IMG/VR virus record: IMGVR_UViG_3300021255_000128
Span: 1-64,000 of that record
Length of the DNA stretch: 64,000 bases
Source: a virus
Lineage: Duplodnaviria > Heunggongvirae > Uroviricota > Caudoviricetes
Direction: 5' to 3' (one strand)
A model generated the notes under the pieces. It had not been told where the DNA came from and did not search any database. It was given only the letters and a program-made list of their open reading frames with translations. Below are positions 49,892 to 61,252 of the stretch, in pieces (the stretch's first letter is position 1; the number at the start of each line of letters is the position of its first letter). Made by a program: the position numbers and the translations under genes.

Positions 49892-50814
49892 TGAAATTAG
49901 ATTTAAACTTATTAAAGAGAGCGCTGTCAATAAATCATCCGTCTAAAAAAGAATGGCCAATGTTATCATTTATAATAAATGAATGCTATAAAATTGGAGG
50001 ACTTTCTTTTGAACAAGATGGATATTGTAATATCTTTATAACCAAAAATACATCTAACCCTGATTATTATCCTTGTGTTGTTTGTCATACAGATCACGTT
50101 GTATCTTGTGACAACAAAGAGGTTAAAATTAAAAATAATAAAATATGGGGTAGAGATAAAATAACTGGAAAACAAACGGCTCTTGGTGCAGATGATACTA
50201 ATGGTATTTGCTGTGCAATTCAGTTATTAAAAGAAATTCCTGATTTAAAAGTTTGTTTTACTACAGAAGAAGAAGTTGGATTTTTAGGAGCGGATTATGC
50301 TTCTGATAATGTAGATTTTTTCTATAATGTAGCTTATATGATACAAGCTGATAGACATGGAAAATCTGACCTTATTACTTATACAAATGGTATTTATTCT
50401 GCATCAGAAATATGGTTGCAAGAAATATCTGGTATAATGGCTGAATATGGTTATAAAGAAGAATATGGATTAGGGACAGATATTGGTGTTCTTGCTGAAA
50501 AATTGCAATTATCTGGTGTAAATATTTCTTGTGGTTATTATGAAGAACATAAAGTTACAGAATATACTATTATACCAGAACTACAGAATTGTTTAAATTT
50601 TATGGAAGCAATTCTAAAGACAGTTCCTCTTGATAAACAATATGAAATTAAGATTGATTATAAGGCGTATAATAAATACTTTGATTATGAGCCTAGTTAT
50701 AGACAACCTTCTAATAATTATTTTGATGATTATCCTAGAGATGAATATGACTATTTAGCTTGTGATCATTGTCAGTCTTATGATTGTATGAATTGTAAAA
50801 TATATCCAATGTAA
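49891..50814 (+). CDS. M42/M20-like metallopeptidase-family protein (standard code, TGG only)
   Basis: CHTDHV, LGADDTNGI and EEEVGFLGA motifs. C-terminal Cys-rich tail. Confidence 0.5.
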   Translation: MKLDLNLLKRALSINHPSKKEWPMLSFIINECYKIGGLSFEQDGYCNIFITKNTSNPDYYPCVVCHTDHVVSCDNKEVKIKNNKIWGRDKITGKQTALGADDTNGICCAIQLLKEIPDLKVCFTTEEEVGFLGADYASDNVDFFYNVAYMIQADRHGKSDLITYTNGIYSASEIWLQEISGIMAEYGYKEEYGLGTDIGVLAEKLQLSGVNISCGYYEEHKVTEYTIIPELQNCLNFMEAILKTVPLDKQYEIKIDYKAYNKYFDYEPSYRQPSNNYFDDYPRDEYDYLACDHCQSYDCMNCKIYPM

Positions 50815-52033
50815 ATGGATAGAACAGAACGACAAAAACTCTGTTTAAAACGATGATTAAACTCTGGAGGCAAAGCAAGTATTGAGGCTTGCACAGGGTT
50901 TCGGAAAAACTAGAGTAGCTTTAAATCTTATAGATGCATTTACTGCTAAAAATCCAGAAGCTCAGACATTAGTAGTTGTTCCTACTCAAATCCTCAAAGA
51001 TCAATGAATACAACAAATCGATGAAAGAGGATTAGGATTAAATGCTAGAGTTGAGATAATTAATTCAGTTATTAAATTGGATTGGATTTGTGATCTTCTT
51101 GTAGTAGATGAGGTTCATGTTTGTGGAAGTGATACTTTTCAAAGAGTGTTTCAATGTGTAAATTATAAGTTTATTCTTTGTTTAACTGGAACAATGGAAC
51201 GATTGGATATGAGACATCTTCTCATTGAAAAATTTGCTCCAATTTGTGATAGAGTTACAATTGAAGAAGCGGAACAAAATGGATGAGTGTCTCCACATAA
51301 AGAATACCTTGTACTATTAAATGTAGATCTTACTGAATATAATGAATGGACTCGTAAATTTAATAATTATTTTTCTTATATGAATTATGATTTTTCATTA
51401 GGTATGAAGTTAGCAACAGATCCAATTTTTAGAAATTCATGAGCTAAAACAATGGGATTGGATTCTAAAAAGACAGCTGCTATTGCAATGGATTGGATGA
51501 GAATGATGAAAAATCGAAAGAATTTTATTCAAAATCATCCTAAAAAGTTAGAAGTTGCAAAGAAAATAATTGAAGCAAGAAAGGATAAAAAGATAATGAC
51601 CTTTTCTGCTACAATTAAACAAGCAGAGTCTTTTGGATTTGGATATGTAGTTCATTCTGATAAAAAATCAAAAGAAAATAAGGAAACACTTGAAGCGTTT
51701 AACAATGCTGAATCTGGAGTTTTACACTCCTCAAAAGCATGTAATACTGGATTGGATTTAAAAGGAATTAACTGTGAAATCATTATGAACACAGATTCTT
51801 CCAAAATCAAAAAAGTACAAACTGTTGGAAGAAGTTTAAGATTTGAGCAAGGTAAAACCGCTGAAATTTTTACACTTGTTTTGGCAGGTACACAAGAAGT
51901 AAAATGATTTACGAATAGTAAAGCATCTAAAGTAATAACAATTAATGAAGATCAGTTAGATAAAATACTAGCTGGTGAAAATATTGAAACTCGGGAAAGA
52001 AATTATTCCGAAAATTTAACATTTAGATTTTAA
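50815..52033 (+). CDS. SF2 (DEAD/DEVH-box) helicase; needs a +1 frame change near 50897-50903 plus 4 TGA as Trp
   Basis: Frame 1 MDRTERQ...IEACTGF, then frame 2 FGKTRVAL... together give motif I ACTGFGKT across the GGGTTTC homopolymer junction. DEVH box VVDEVH. Motif VI TVGRSLR. Confidence 0.6.
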
Positions 52034-52127
52034 CAGTTTCAGCCTAAAGGTATTTAAAGTACTATGGAACGTTAAATTAATCACTTAATTTAACAATAAT
52101 TTGGAACTAGACACAATTTTAAATCTA

Positions 52128-52697
52128 ATGATATCATATAGACTCACTGCTGACGAACTCCTATTGGTTTATTTAACGTTTCTAGCCCAAGAGGAGGAAG
52201 GACATCCTGAGTTTTTAGCAAAGTGATTTTCTAATGGTGGCGGGTCTAAACTAAAAGGATTATTTGAATCCTTGAAAGAAAAAGGTATTATTCATAAAGA
52301 TTATAATCCGGAATCATATAATCCAGACGATATAGAATTTAATAAAAATTTTCTAAAAGGATGAGTTAAGAATTCTGGAGAACTTGGAAAGGAATTATTT
52401 GAAGCATACCCTCCTTTTCTAACAATACAAGGAAGAACTTATCCACTTAAAAACATCGCAAAGAAATTTAATTCTTTAGATGATTTTTTCTTCCATTATA
52501 GTAGCCAAATAAAACACAATCCGGAAAAACATAAGGAAATTATGGAAATATTAGATTGAGCAAAAGCAAATAATAAAATTACTAGTGGTATTTTAGAATT
52601 TGTTTGTAGTAATGGATGGGATAGCTTAAAATATCTTAAAGAGCATCCACAAGAGGGTCAAGTGGAAAGTACATTTAATGTATATGAAAGTATTTAA
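52128..52697 (+). CDS. hypothetical replication-module protein with 3 in-frame TGA codons
   Basis: 189-aa frame continuous with TGA as sense. Confidence 0.45.
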
Positions 52698-53830
52698 TGA
52701 CAGATCTTGATCTTCTTTGAACTCTCATAGATAAAGGTAAAAAGGGTGATAACGTAGGTATTTCTTCGGGATTATCTAAATTAGATAAATTAATAGGAGG
52801 TATTCAGCCGCACCGATATTATTTATGTGGTGCAGCTTCATCTGTAGGTAAAACAGCCTTTATTCTCTTTATTATGTATAACATTTTAAAGAATGAAGAT
52901 AAAAAACGTCCTGTATATTTTCAATATTATAGTTTGGAAATTGGAGCAGATGTTTTACTTGCAAAATTGATGGGATTGTATTGTGCAGAAGAATTTGGAA
53001 TTTATTTAACAATAAATGATATTTTATCTTTTGAACATCCGATTTCAGATGAATATTATGAATACCTAAAACAAGCTAAAAAATGACTTTCAACCGTTAC
53101 AGAATATATAGATATTGTTGATACGAATGTTAGCGCTGATGTTTTATATGCTCGCACTTGTAAATTTGCAGAAACAATTGGCCATTTCGAAGTAATTGAT
53201 GGTAAAAAAGTTTTTATAGCAGATAATCCAAATGCTATAATTATTGGAGTCATTGATCATTTTGCATTAATGAATGTACAAGCTGGAAGAACACTAAAAC
53301 AAGAAATTGATTTAGCATCTTCTTATATGGTAACTTTAAAACGAAAATTACCGTTATCTTGATTTGCATTAATGCAACAAAATAGAGCTTCATCTGATAT
53401 CGAACGTCGTAAATTAGATTTGAGCGAACCAGGTCTTAATGATTTAAAAGATAGTGGTTCACCAAGTCAGGATTCAGACGTTGTGATGCAATTATTTTAT
53501 CCATTTAGAGAGAAGCTAGCTACGTATCGCGGTTATCGAATTCTTGGTGAAAACGGAATTGGACAAAACCATAGATCCTTAATTTTAAGTAAAAATCGTT
53601 ATGGTATTGCTAATCAGGTAATAAATCTTGGTTTTTATGGTTCTGTAGGATGGTGAATTCAACTTCCACCTCCAGAAAAAATTACGGATTATACACAATT
53701 TCATTCTGAAAATGGAAACATACCTTTAAAAAATAAAAAAGAAACATTAATAGAAGATGATTCTACTCCACAACGAGTAGATGAGAAAAAGCCTATAAAA
53801 TTTAATTTTAATGGCTATCGAATTACCTAA
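52697..53830 (+). CDS. DnaB-like replicative helicase (RecA-fold C-terminal domain), 5 in-frame TGA codons
   Basis: Walker A GAASSVGKT, IGVIDHFALM and QQNRASSDIERR...DLKDSGSPSQDSDVVMQLFYPF typical of DnaB/gp4-type helicases. Confidence 0.7.
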
Positions 53831-54554
53831 AACAAAAGTTAAGGCAGAATTACAGGATCCTAAGTACTTAATTGTATTTGGGCGTCCGAAAATCGGGAAG
53901 TCAACAGCCCTTGCTGCCCTTCCAAACAATCTTATAGTTGATCTTGAAAGTGGTTATAAGTATATTGATGCTCTTAAAGTCGAAGCAAATAATTTAAATG
54001 ATTTAAAGGAAATTGCAATAGCTATAAAAGAAGCTGGTTGCCCATATAAATATCTCACACTTGATACTATTACAAAACTAGAAGAAATTGTAAAACCTTT
54101 AGCATTAAAGCTATATCTCGATACTCCAGCTGGTAGTAAATTTACCGGTAAAGATGTTTTAGATGCACCAATGGGAGCTGGATATAGTAAAATTAGAGAA
54201 GCTATTGAGATGATAATCGATATGTTTCAGAAGGTTGTACCAAATATTATTTTAGTATGCCATGTTAAAGATTCTGCCGTAGCTAACAGTGATGTAACTG
54301 CAAAAGTTATTGATTTAACTGGTAAAACTGGTAGAGTACTAGCATCTAGATCAGATGCAATTGGATATTTATATAGAGATGATTTCTCTAATTCAATTTT
54401 AAGCTTTAATAGTAATGATAAATTTGTAGAATGTGGTTCTAGACCAGAACATCTTCGCAATAAGGATATTGTTCTTGGAGAAATGCAAGATGATGGAACC
54501 ATTATTTATCATTGGGAACGTATATTCCCATCAGAATCCACTAATAATGCTTAA
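53811..54554 (+). CDS. P-loop ATPase (AAA_24 / Sak4-like recombination ATPase), standard code
   Basis: LIVFGRPKIGKST Walker A. Size and context with the exonuclease and helicases. Confidence 0.55.
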   Translation: MAIELPKTKVKAELQDPKYLIVFGRPKIGKSTALAALPNNLIVDLESGYKYIDALKVEANNLNDLKEIAIAIKEAGCPYKYLTLDTITKLEEIVKPLALKLYLDTPAGSKFTGKDVLDAPMGAGYSKIREAIEMIIDMFQKVVPNIILVCHVKDSAVANSDVTAKVIDLTGKTGRVLASRSDAIGYLYRDDFSNSILSFNSNDKFVECGSRPEHLRNKDIVLGEMQDDGTIIYHWERIFPSESTNNA

Positions 54555-54831
54555 AATATCATTTGTTTTTGATGAAACATCTGGAGCAGTATCCAATGTA
54601 AAAGTGGACGGATATAAACCAAAAATCAAGGAAGTAAATGCTCCTTGTACAGATGTTGATCTTGAAGTACAAGAAAACAAACTCAAGTTGTCTAAAAATG
54701 CATTACAAAAACTTAATGCAAAAGCAGATGACAGAATATCAATTCAGTATTGACAAGAAGGTATAGGTAAATCTGTACCTATTATTGGAAAAGCTGAAAT
54801 GTTCACCGATAGATTAGATGGTAAAAAATAA
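54547..54831 (+). CDS. small protein with one in-frame TGA
   Basis: 94-aa frame. Confidence 0.35.
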
Positions 54832-54925
54832 GAAATTAATATATTTTCTTGTAAAAATTAAAAAATTTCCGTACATTTGTAATGTAAAATATAAGATTTT
54901 AGAATAAATATGAAAATTATAATGT

Positions 54926-56047
54926 ATGGATAAAACAGAACAAATTTTAAATTTAGTAAAAACAACAGAGTTAAATATAACAGATATTGCAAAAAAAGTT
55001 GAATTATCAAAAGAAGATGTTATAAAAATTCTTATACATAACGAATATTATAGACTTGCCGATAATCCAAGAGCAAAATTTTTTTCTGTTAAGAAACTGC
55101 ATGACGCTGCTATTGATTATATAAATAATTTTAATGGAACGTTATCAATTAATACATTCATTAAAGAACGAGGTGTAGAAGCACAAGTTTTTAGGGAATA
55201 TATTAGGAAATGATATCCAGATAATCAAGCTATAAGATACAGCCGATATAATGCAACAATATTTGATAATATAGATACAGAAGAAAAAGCGTATTGACTT
55301 GGATTTATTTTTGCCGATGGATACATTACAGATCCTGAAACATCAACATCACATCGTTATAAATTTGAATTATCTTTATCAAGTAAAGATGAGGAACATT
55401 TAAGAAAATTTGCAAGATTCGTTGATTTTACTGGTGCAATTGAGCATAGAACAATTAAATCTTGTCCTACTGGAAATAAAAACTCGTATCCGACTGTAAG
55501 AATTATATTGAACGGTCAGCATTTATGAGAAACATTAAATTCTTATGGATGTACTCCAAGAAAAAGTCTTACACTTAAATTTCCAGATATATCTATATTT
55601 AAAAATATGTCTTTGATTCGACATTTTATTCGTGGATATTTTGATGGAGATGGTACAATTGGTATTTATGACTCAAAGGGCTGTTATAATGGAAAAGAGT
55701 ATAATTATAGTCATAACAAATGTCAATGTGGAATGTTGGGCACACAGGAATTTCTAAGCACTATGTGTAAGTACTTACCTTTTGATAATAAAATTTCTTT
55801 ACACGGTAATGAAAAACATCCATGCAATGCTTATAATATTCAATTTGTATGTAAAGAAGCGTTTGCTATTGCATTTTATTTATATTATAAAAGTTCTGTT
55901 TATTTAGATAGAAAATATGTCAAATTTTTAGAATATTGCCGTTTATATAAGGAATTATATAAAATATTAGAGGGCAGTATCGGGGAAGACTGTGATGTTG
56001 ATCCCGAGCTAATTAAATCTATTACGAAAGGAGATTTAATAGCGTAA
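54926..56047 (+). CDS. double-motif LAGLIDADG homing endonuclease with 3 in-frame TGA codons
   Basis: LGFIFADGYI and IRGYFDGDGTI motifs. Track ORFs 54926..55213 and 55607..56047 share a frame. Confidence 0.75.
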
Positions 56048-56153
56048 CGCGTAGGTCTTGAATAAATATAATAGACCCAAGAGTGTCCTCTACCCCAACT
56101 GAAATAAGTGGGTAAAAAGGTACGCTGAACTACGAAGAAACGAATTCGTAGAA

Positions 56154-56429
56154 ATGTGTATAAAAAGACACATGATAACAAAATTGAATCGATTAACTAA
56201 AGTCGGTACTGTTTCATTTAGAGGAGAAAAGCGTACAACGTTACTTGAGTTTGGAACGTATTTTAATTTAGAAGAATTTAAAGATGGAATTTGGAAACTT
56301 GTTTCTATTAAAATAGAAGAGAATAAAGATGATCTTTCTGAGGAACAAGAAGATGCAGAAGCTTTAAATGATTCTGAAATTGATAAAGAGATAGAAAATA
56401 TTATGGCAGACGATGATCTGCCCTTTTAA
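56154..56429 (+). CDS. small acidic protein
   Basis: 91-aa ORF. Confidence 0.4.
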   Translation: MCIKRHMITKLNRLTKVGTVSFRGEKRTTLLEFGTYFNLEEFKDGIWKLVSIKIEENKDDLSEEQEDAEALNDSEIDKEIENIMADDDLPF

Positions 56430-56448
56430 CATATAATAAAGTTATACT

Positions 56449-57138
56449 ATGGGAATGTTTAATTTAGGCTCTACCACCGGCCTTTCTGAAGGTGGTAAGT
56501 TTCTTAGTGCTGGTATTCACAATGCAAAGTTTAATGGATTGGCTTTAAGTGAAATTACATCTCAAAAAGATGGTACTGTTTATAATACTATGCAGTTAAC
56601 ACTTAATGTTGATGGTTATGGTGATTTTGTTCATAATTTCTTTGAGCCTACATCTACGGAAAGAACCCAGTCTCAATTTGGAGAAAATCCTTCACAGGTA
56701 GAACAGTTTATGGTAGCCCTTCGTCAAATTCTTGATGCTCTTGATCCTGCAATTGGTGAAGCTATTGATAACGATAACGTAGTCGTTCAGGGTAAGAAGA
56801 TTAATATTGGGAACATGGACTTTGGTCCACTTGTAAGACTCTGTGCCGTTCTTACTAAACCTTATATTGGAAAGGAAGTTGAAGTAAAGCTTGTTCCTCA
56901 GTCTAATGGATTTAACAGTATTCCTGGTTTCCCTGCAAAGATTAATCGTGCTGGTGCTCTTGGAATTGCTACTAGATTTATTGGTCACGATCTTTCTCTT
57001 TCTCAGAGCGAACAGAGAAGAATTGAACAGGCTCAGAACAATCGACCTACAAACATGGCAACATCTGTAAGTAATACAACACTTGACGGTGTAGCAGATG
57101 CTCTTGGCGTTAATACTAGTACAGATCTTCCATTTTAG
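56449..57138 (+). CDS. hypothetical protein (higher GC)
   Basis: 229-aa ORF, codon style like other high-GC genes. Confidence 0.5.
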   Translation: MGMFNLGSTTGLSEGGKFLSAGIHNAKFNGLALSEITSQKDGTVYNTMQLTLNVDGYGDFVHNFFEPTSTERTQSQFGENPSQVEQFMVALRQILDALDPAIGEAIDNDNVVVQGKKINIGNMDFGPLVRLCAVLTKPYIGKEVEVKLVPQSNGFNSIPGFPAKINRAGALGIATRFIGHDLSLSQSEQRRIEQAQNNRPTNMATSVSNTTLDGVADALGVNTSTDLPF

Positions 57139-57144
57139 TAATTA

Positions 57145-58149
57145 ATGAAATTTTCATTAGAGCCAATCACGATAACAAAGGAATTAATTTTAAATAGAAT
57201 TCCTGAAGAACAGATTATGGAACACTATTTAGGCGTAAAAATTCAAAAAGGTCTATTTAGAAGTCCCCTTAGAAAAGATCAGAAACCAACTGCGAGTTTC
57301 TATAGAGATCGACGTGGTAGGTTAATAATGAAAGATTTTTCTGGAGCATTTAGTGGCGACTGTTTTGCAGTTGTCATGGAACGATTCCAGTGTAGTTATT
57401 ATATGGCTCTTCAAATAATAGCAAATGATTTCGGAATAATTCGACGTAACGATTTAACTAAACATAAACCAAAAATCGAATATTCCGGAATCAAATTTGA
57501 AGAGAAAGAATCTGCTAAAATTCAAATAAAAACTCGTGATTTTACAGAAGATGAATTAAATTGATGGTTAAAATACGGAATCACTAAACAAACTCTTGAA
57601 AAATTTAGAGTTTATCCTGTAGATGCTGTATGATTAAACGATCAATTATTTTATCAAAATTTAGATAAAAAACCTGTATTTGGATATTATGGAGGAATAA
57701 AGAATGGACTCGAACAATGAAGAATTTATTTTCCAGGCAATACAAGATACAAGTTTATATCTAATTGAAAACAAGAACAAATTCAAGGAGCGCATATGCT
57801 TTCTAAAGAAGGTGGTGATTACATTATAATTACAAAGTCTTTAAAAGATGTTATGGCTTTATATGAATTTGGAGTACCTGCAATAGCACCATGTTCTGAA
57901 AATTTATTTGTTACTAAAGCTCAATATGAACAATTAAAAAAGCATTATAAACATATATATGTTTATTATGATAACGATTTACCTGGTGTTCAAGCCATGC
58001 GAAAAATACATAAACAGTTTCCAGAAGTAACCTGTATAATGTTACATAGAGAAGATGCAAAGGATTTTTCTGATTATAGAAAAGCCTTTGGTTATAAAAA
58101 GACTTTGGAATTGGTTAATAAAGCAAAAGAATACTATGGCGAAACGTAA
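57145..58149 (+). CDS. DnaG-like primase (zinc-binding-like N-terminus plus TOPRIM-like core), 4 in-frame TGA codons
   Basis: FRSPLRKDQKPTASFY...GDCFAVV resembles the primase zinc-binding region. ITKSLKDVMALYEFG..AIAP.SE is TOPRIM-like. Track ORFs 57145..57564 and 57796..58149 are in-frame. Confidence 0.5.
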
Positions 58150-58462
58150 AAAAGAAATCGAACTTCCAACTGAAGAAGATATTGAAAAAAAGCCAAAAAG
58201 AAGAGGAATTGGAGCGAGAAATAAGGCTAGAGGTAACGAATATGAATGTAGAATTGCAAAAGAACTTCGAGAATTAGGATTTACAGGAGTTGTTACATCA
58301 CGTAGTGAATCTAAAAGAACAGATGATAATAAAGTTGATTTAATTGATACAGAGCATCGTTTGCCTTTTAATATTCAACTTAAACGTACTCAAACTACCC
58401 CTCAATATTTTAAAATTCGAGAAGAATCTACAGTTGATCCAGAATCATTTGTTTTAATTTGA
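58136..58462 (+). CDS. small basic protein, possible nuclease; ends in TGA
   Basis: MAKRKKEIEL...RGNEYECRIAKELRELGF...DLIDTEH. Confidence 0.35.
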   Translation: MAKRKKEIELPTEEDIEKKPKRRGIGARNKARGNEYECRIAKELRELGFTGVVTSRSESKRTDDNKVDLIDTEHRLPFNIQLKRTQTTPQYFKIREESTVDPESFVLI

Positions 58463-58602
58463 AATAAACAGGAGAAAGCAAACGTGAACTTTTTATCGGT
58501 AGGTGAAGTAGTCATGCTTGATAAAAAGACATTTTATAAACTAATTAAACCTTATGCAAAATCCGAGAGCGAATAACTTTCGGATTTTTAGTATATTATC
58601 GT

Positions 58603-58797
58603 ATGAAACAATTTAAGATTGCAGTTAGCACACCTGATAGAGCAATCATTATTCCAATGGAGTATGATGATCAACAGGATGTTGTAGAAATTAAAGAATT
58701 ACAGGTAGAACCTGTTCCTGATAAAGACGAGGACCTTTCTAAGGACCCCGCATTTTTTATTGTACAAAAAATATTAAAAGCGTTTTATAATGACTAA
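58603..58797 (+). CDS. hypothetical small protein
   Basis: 64-aa ORF. Confidence 0.35.
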   Translation: MKQFKIAVSTPDRAIIIPMEYDDQQDVVEIKELQVEPVPDKDEDLSKDPAFFIVQKILKAFYND

Positions 58798-60133
58798 ATT
58801 ATATCCTTTCTTAAGTGGAACATTACGTCAGATTATTTCAGAACTTGTTCAGAAACAAAATCCTATTGCAAAAGAAATATTAAGAATTGATACGGATGTT
58901 GAGGATACATTAAGAGTTTATAATTATATACCAGCAAATCTACGTGAGAAAATCATTGAAAAAGTTATTAATCCATCTTTAACTGGAGAGGTGTCAATGA
59001 TTTCTATAAGAGTTGGAGGTGAAGATCCGAATGTGTCATTTCTTCCTAAAGATAAAGAGCCAGAATATACTCCCGATGGAACTTGGGCTAGAAGAAATAG
59101 ACAAGAAGGAAAACCAGCTCGAATATTTCAGAAGGCTATAGTAAAGGAATTTAAACAACAAGAATGGGAAATATTTTCCAATCTTTTTAAAGCAGAAGTT
59201 TGTAATTGTAATAATTTTGAATTAGTATCTGGAGAAGACATTCGTAAATGGTATTTTGAAGCAAATTATTATGATTGTAAGGGAACTCTTGGAAATAGTT
59301 GTATGCGTTATGAAAGTGCGCAAGACTATTTTGATGTCTATGTAGATAAGGCGAAAATGCTTATCACAAAGAAAGCTGGTAAATTAACCGGTCGTGCAAT
59401 TGTATGGGAAATTGATGAAAATACAACAATTCTTGATAGAGTTTATACGTGTTTTGATTATTTGTATAATTGTTTCATCGATTATGCTAAAGAAAACAAA
59501 TGGATTATCAGAGAAGATAATTCTCTTTTACATACTGGGGATGAACAATATTGGTTAGTTCCTGAAGACAATTATACTACTTCGAGACATCTTTCCTTTA
59601 AAATAAAACTAGACAAGGATTATGAATTCTTCCCTTATGTAGATTCGTTTAGATACTATAACCAAACTGGAAATTATCTAACAACAGAGCTTTCTGAATG
59701 CGCATTGGATAGTACCGATGGTGATTATTGCAGATGTTCTGTTCAATGTGATCATTGTGGAAGAACATTCTTTGGTTACGATGACGATGATTTACCTGAC
59801 GAACTTCATTGGTCTGAATGGTCTGATGAATATTTATGTGATGATTGTTGTTTTTGGTCTGATAGATTAGAACAGTATATCCCAAATTCAGTAGAACACG
59901 TCTTTGTACACACAGGATCTATAGCGGGAGACAATGTACCTCTATGTGAGATAGAATCTGATATTGTTAGTAATCCTGAAGAAGCAGAAAACATTGAAGA
60001 TCCTATTGTAATCATAGACGAAAAGTACTATTATTTAAACGAATGTAAAAATATAATTGCATTCAGTTTTGATAAAAATTGTTATGTTTTAGTATCATCT
60101 CCTCAAGGTACAAACAGACCAGCTGATATTTGA
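58790..60133 (+). CDS. hypothetical Cys-rich protein
   Basis: 447-aa ORF. C-terminal Cys clusters (CRCSVQCDHCGRTF..., CDDCCFW). Confidence 0.5.
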   Translation: MTKLYPFLSGTLRQIISELVQKQNPIAKEILRIDTDVEDTLRVYNYIPANLREKIIEKVINPSLTGEVSMISIRVGGEDPNVSFLPKDKEPEYTPDGTWARRNRQEGKPARIFQKAIVKEFKQQEWEIFSNLFKAEVCNCNNFELVSGEDIRKWYFEANYYDCKGTLGNSCMRYESAQDYFDVYVDKAKMLITKKAGKLTGRAIVWEIDENTTILDRVYTCFDYLYNCFIDYAKENKWIIREDNSLLHTGDEQYWLVPEDNYTTSRHLSFKIKLDKDYEFFPYVDSFRYYNQTGNYLTTELSECALDSTDGDYCRCSVQCDHCGRTFFGYDDDDLPDELHWSEWSDEYLCDDCCFWSDRLEQYIPNSVEHVFVHTGSIAGDNVPLCEIESDIVSNPEEAENIEDPIVIIDEKYYYLNECKNIIAFSFDKNCYVLVSSPQGTNRPADI

Positions 60134-60167
60134 GTAGATGTAGGGAACCGAATCTTTTCTTATAATT

Positions 60168-60926
60168 ATGCAGATGCGATATGATCTAATTCCAACTAGA
60201 GGAATTGAGGAAGTACACAAAGTTTTAAATTCTAAACTAGAAGATCACTGTCCAGGAGAGTGGAAACAAGGTTTATCCTGGACAAGTGTTCTTTCTAATT
60301 TAAAGAAACATTTACTTGATTTTGAAAAAGGTACTGATTTCCTACAAGACGGTACTCTTTCAATTGCACATGTTGCGGCAGATGCATTAATGCTTGCCGA
60401 ATACTTTTCTATCAATCCTGCTGGAGATGATAGACAATTTTTACCAATAAATAAACCGATTGTAGCGTTAGACATTGACGATGTTTGTTTAGATTTTATT
60501 GGTGGATTTGAAAAGAAAACCGGAATCAAATGTAATGATTACTGGAATGGTACATATGAGATGCGATCTAAGTTAGATGAACTTTCTAAAGATGAAGAGT
60601 TTTGGACAACTTTGGAAACAAAACATATGCCTACATTTGAACCAGATCTTTATATTACAAGTCGTTCTATTCCAGTAGAATGGACTAAGAAAAATCTGGA
60701 ACGAAACGGTTTTCCATGTGCACCAGTTTATTGTGTTCCTTGGAATGAAAGCAAGGTTCAATTAATGAAAGAACACAATGTTTCAATACTTATTGATGAC
60801 AAATTTGCTAATTACAAAGACGCAATTGATAACGGAGTTTTCTGCTATTTAATGGATGCTCCGCACAATAAATATTATAATGTAGGACATCGTAGAATTT
60901 ACGATTTAAATCTTTCTATAAAATAA
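60168..60926 (+). CDS. putative nucleotide-processing fusion: MazG-like N-terminal region plus HAD-type 5'(3')-deoxyribonucleotidase-like C-terminus
   Basis: HAD motif I IVALDIDDVCLDF in the C-terminal half. N-terminal helical region is MazG-like only weakly. Confidence 0.4.
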   Translation: MQMRYDLIPTRGIEEVHKVLNSKLEDHCPGEWKQGLSWTSVLSNLKKHLLDFEKGTDFLQDGTLSIAHVAADALMLAEYFSINPAGDDRQFLPINKPIVALDIDDVCLDFIGGFEKKTGIKCNDYWNGTYEMRSKLDELSKDEEFWTTLETKHMPTFEPDLYITSRSIPVEWTKKNLERNGFPCAPVYCVPWNESKVQLMKEHNVSILIDDKFANYKDAIDNGVFCYLMDAPHNKYYNVGHRRIYDLNLSIK

Positions 60927-61252
60927 TGAGTAATTTATATGAAAAGCTTATCCTTTCAAAGAATCCAAAGCTCAAAGAGGAAGATCTTGAAATGCTTGAT
61001 AAGCTGCATAAAGAATTTGATGTAATTGGAATATATGATAAAGTTTTTGACTATGATATAGAAACAATATTATCTTGGCTTATTGTGAACAAATTACCTT
61101 ATGACTGTGCTTCTCGAATGGTCACTCATAATTTTCAATTATATTATCCAATCGTATGTGTTGAAAATGGGAAAGTAAAACCTGTTTTAGACAATGATAT
61201 GATTGCACAATTAACAGTAAAAATGAATCAGTTATTGGGATATGCGAGTTAA
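60926..61252 (+). CDS. hypothetical protein
   Basis: 108-aa ORF. Confidence 0.45.
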   Translation: MSNLYEKLILSKNPKLKEEDLEMLDKLHKEFDVIGIYDKVFDYDIETILSWLIVNKLPYDCASRMVTHNFQLYYPIVCVENGKVKPVLDNDMIAQLTVKMNQLLGYAS

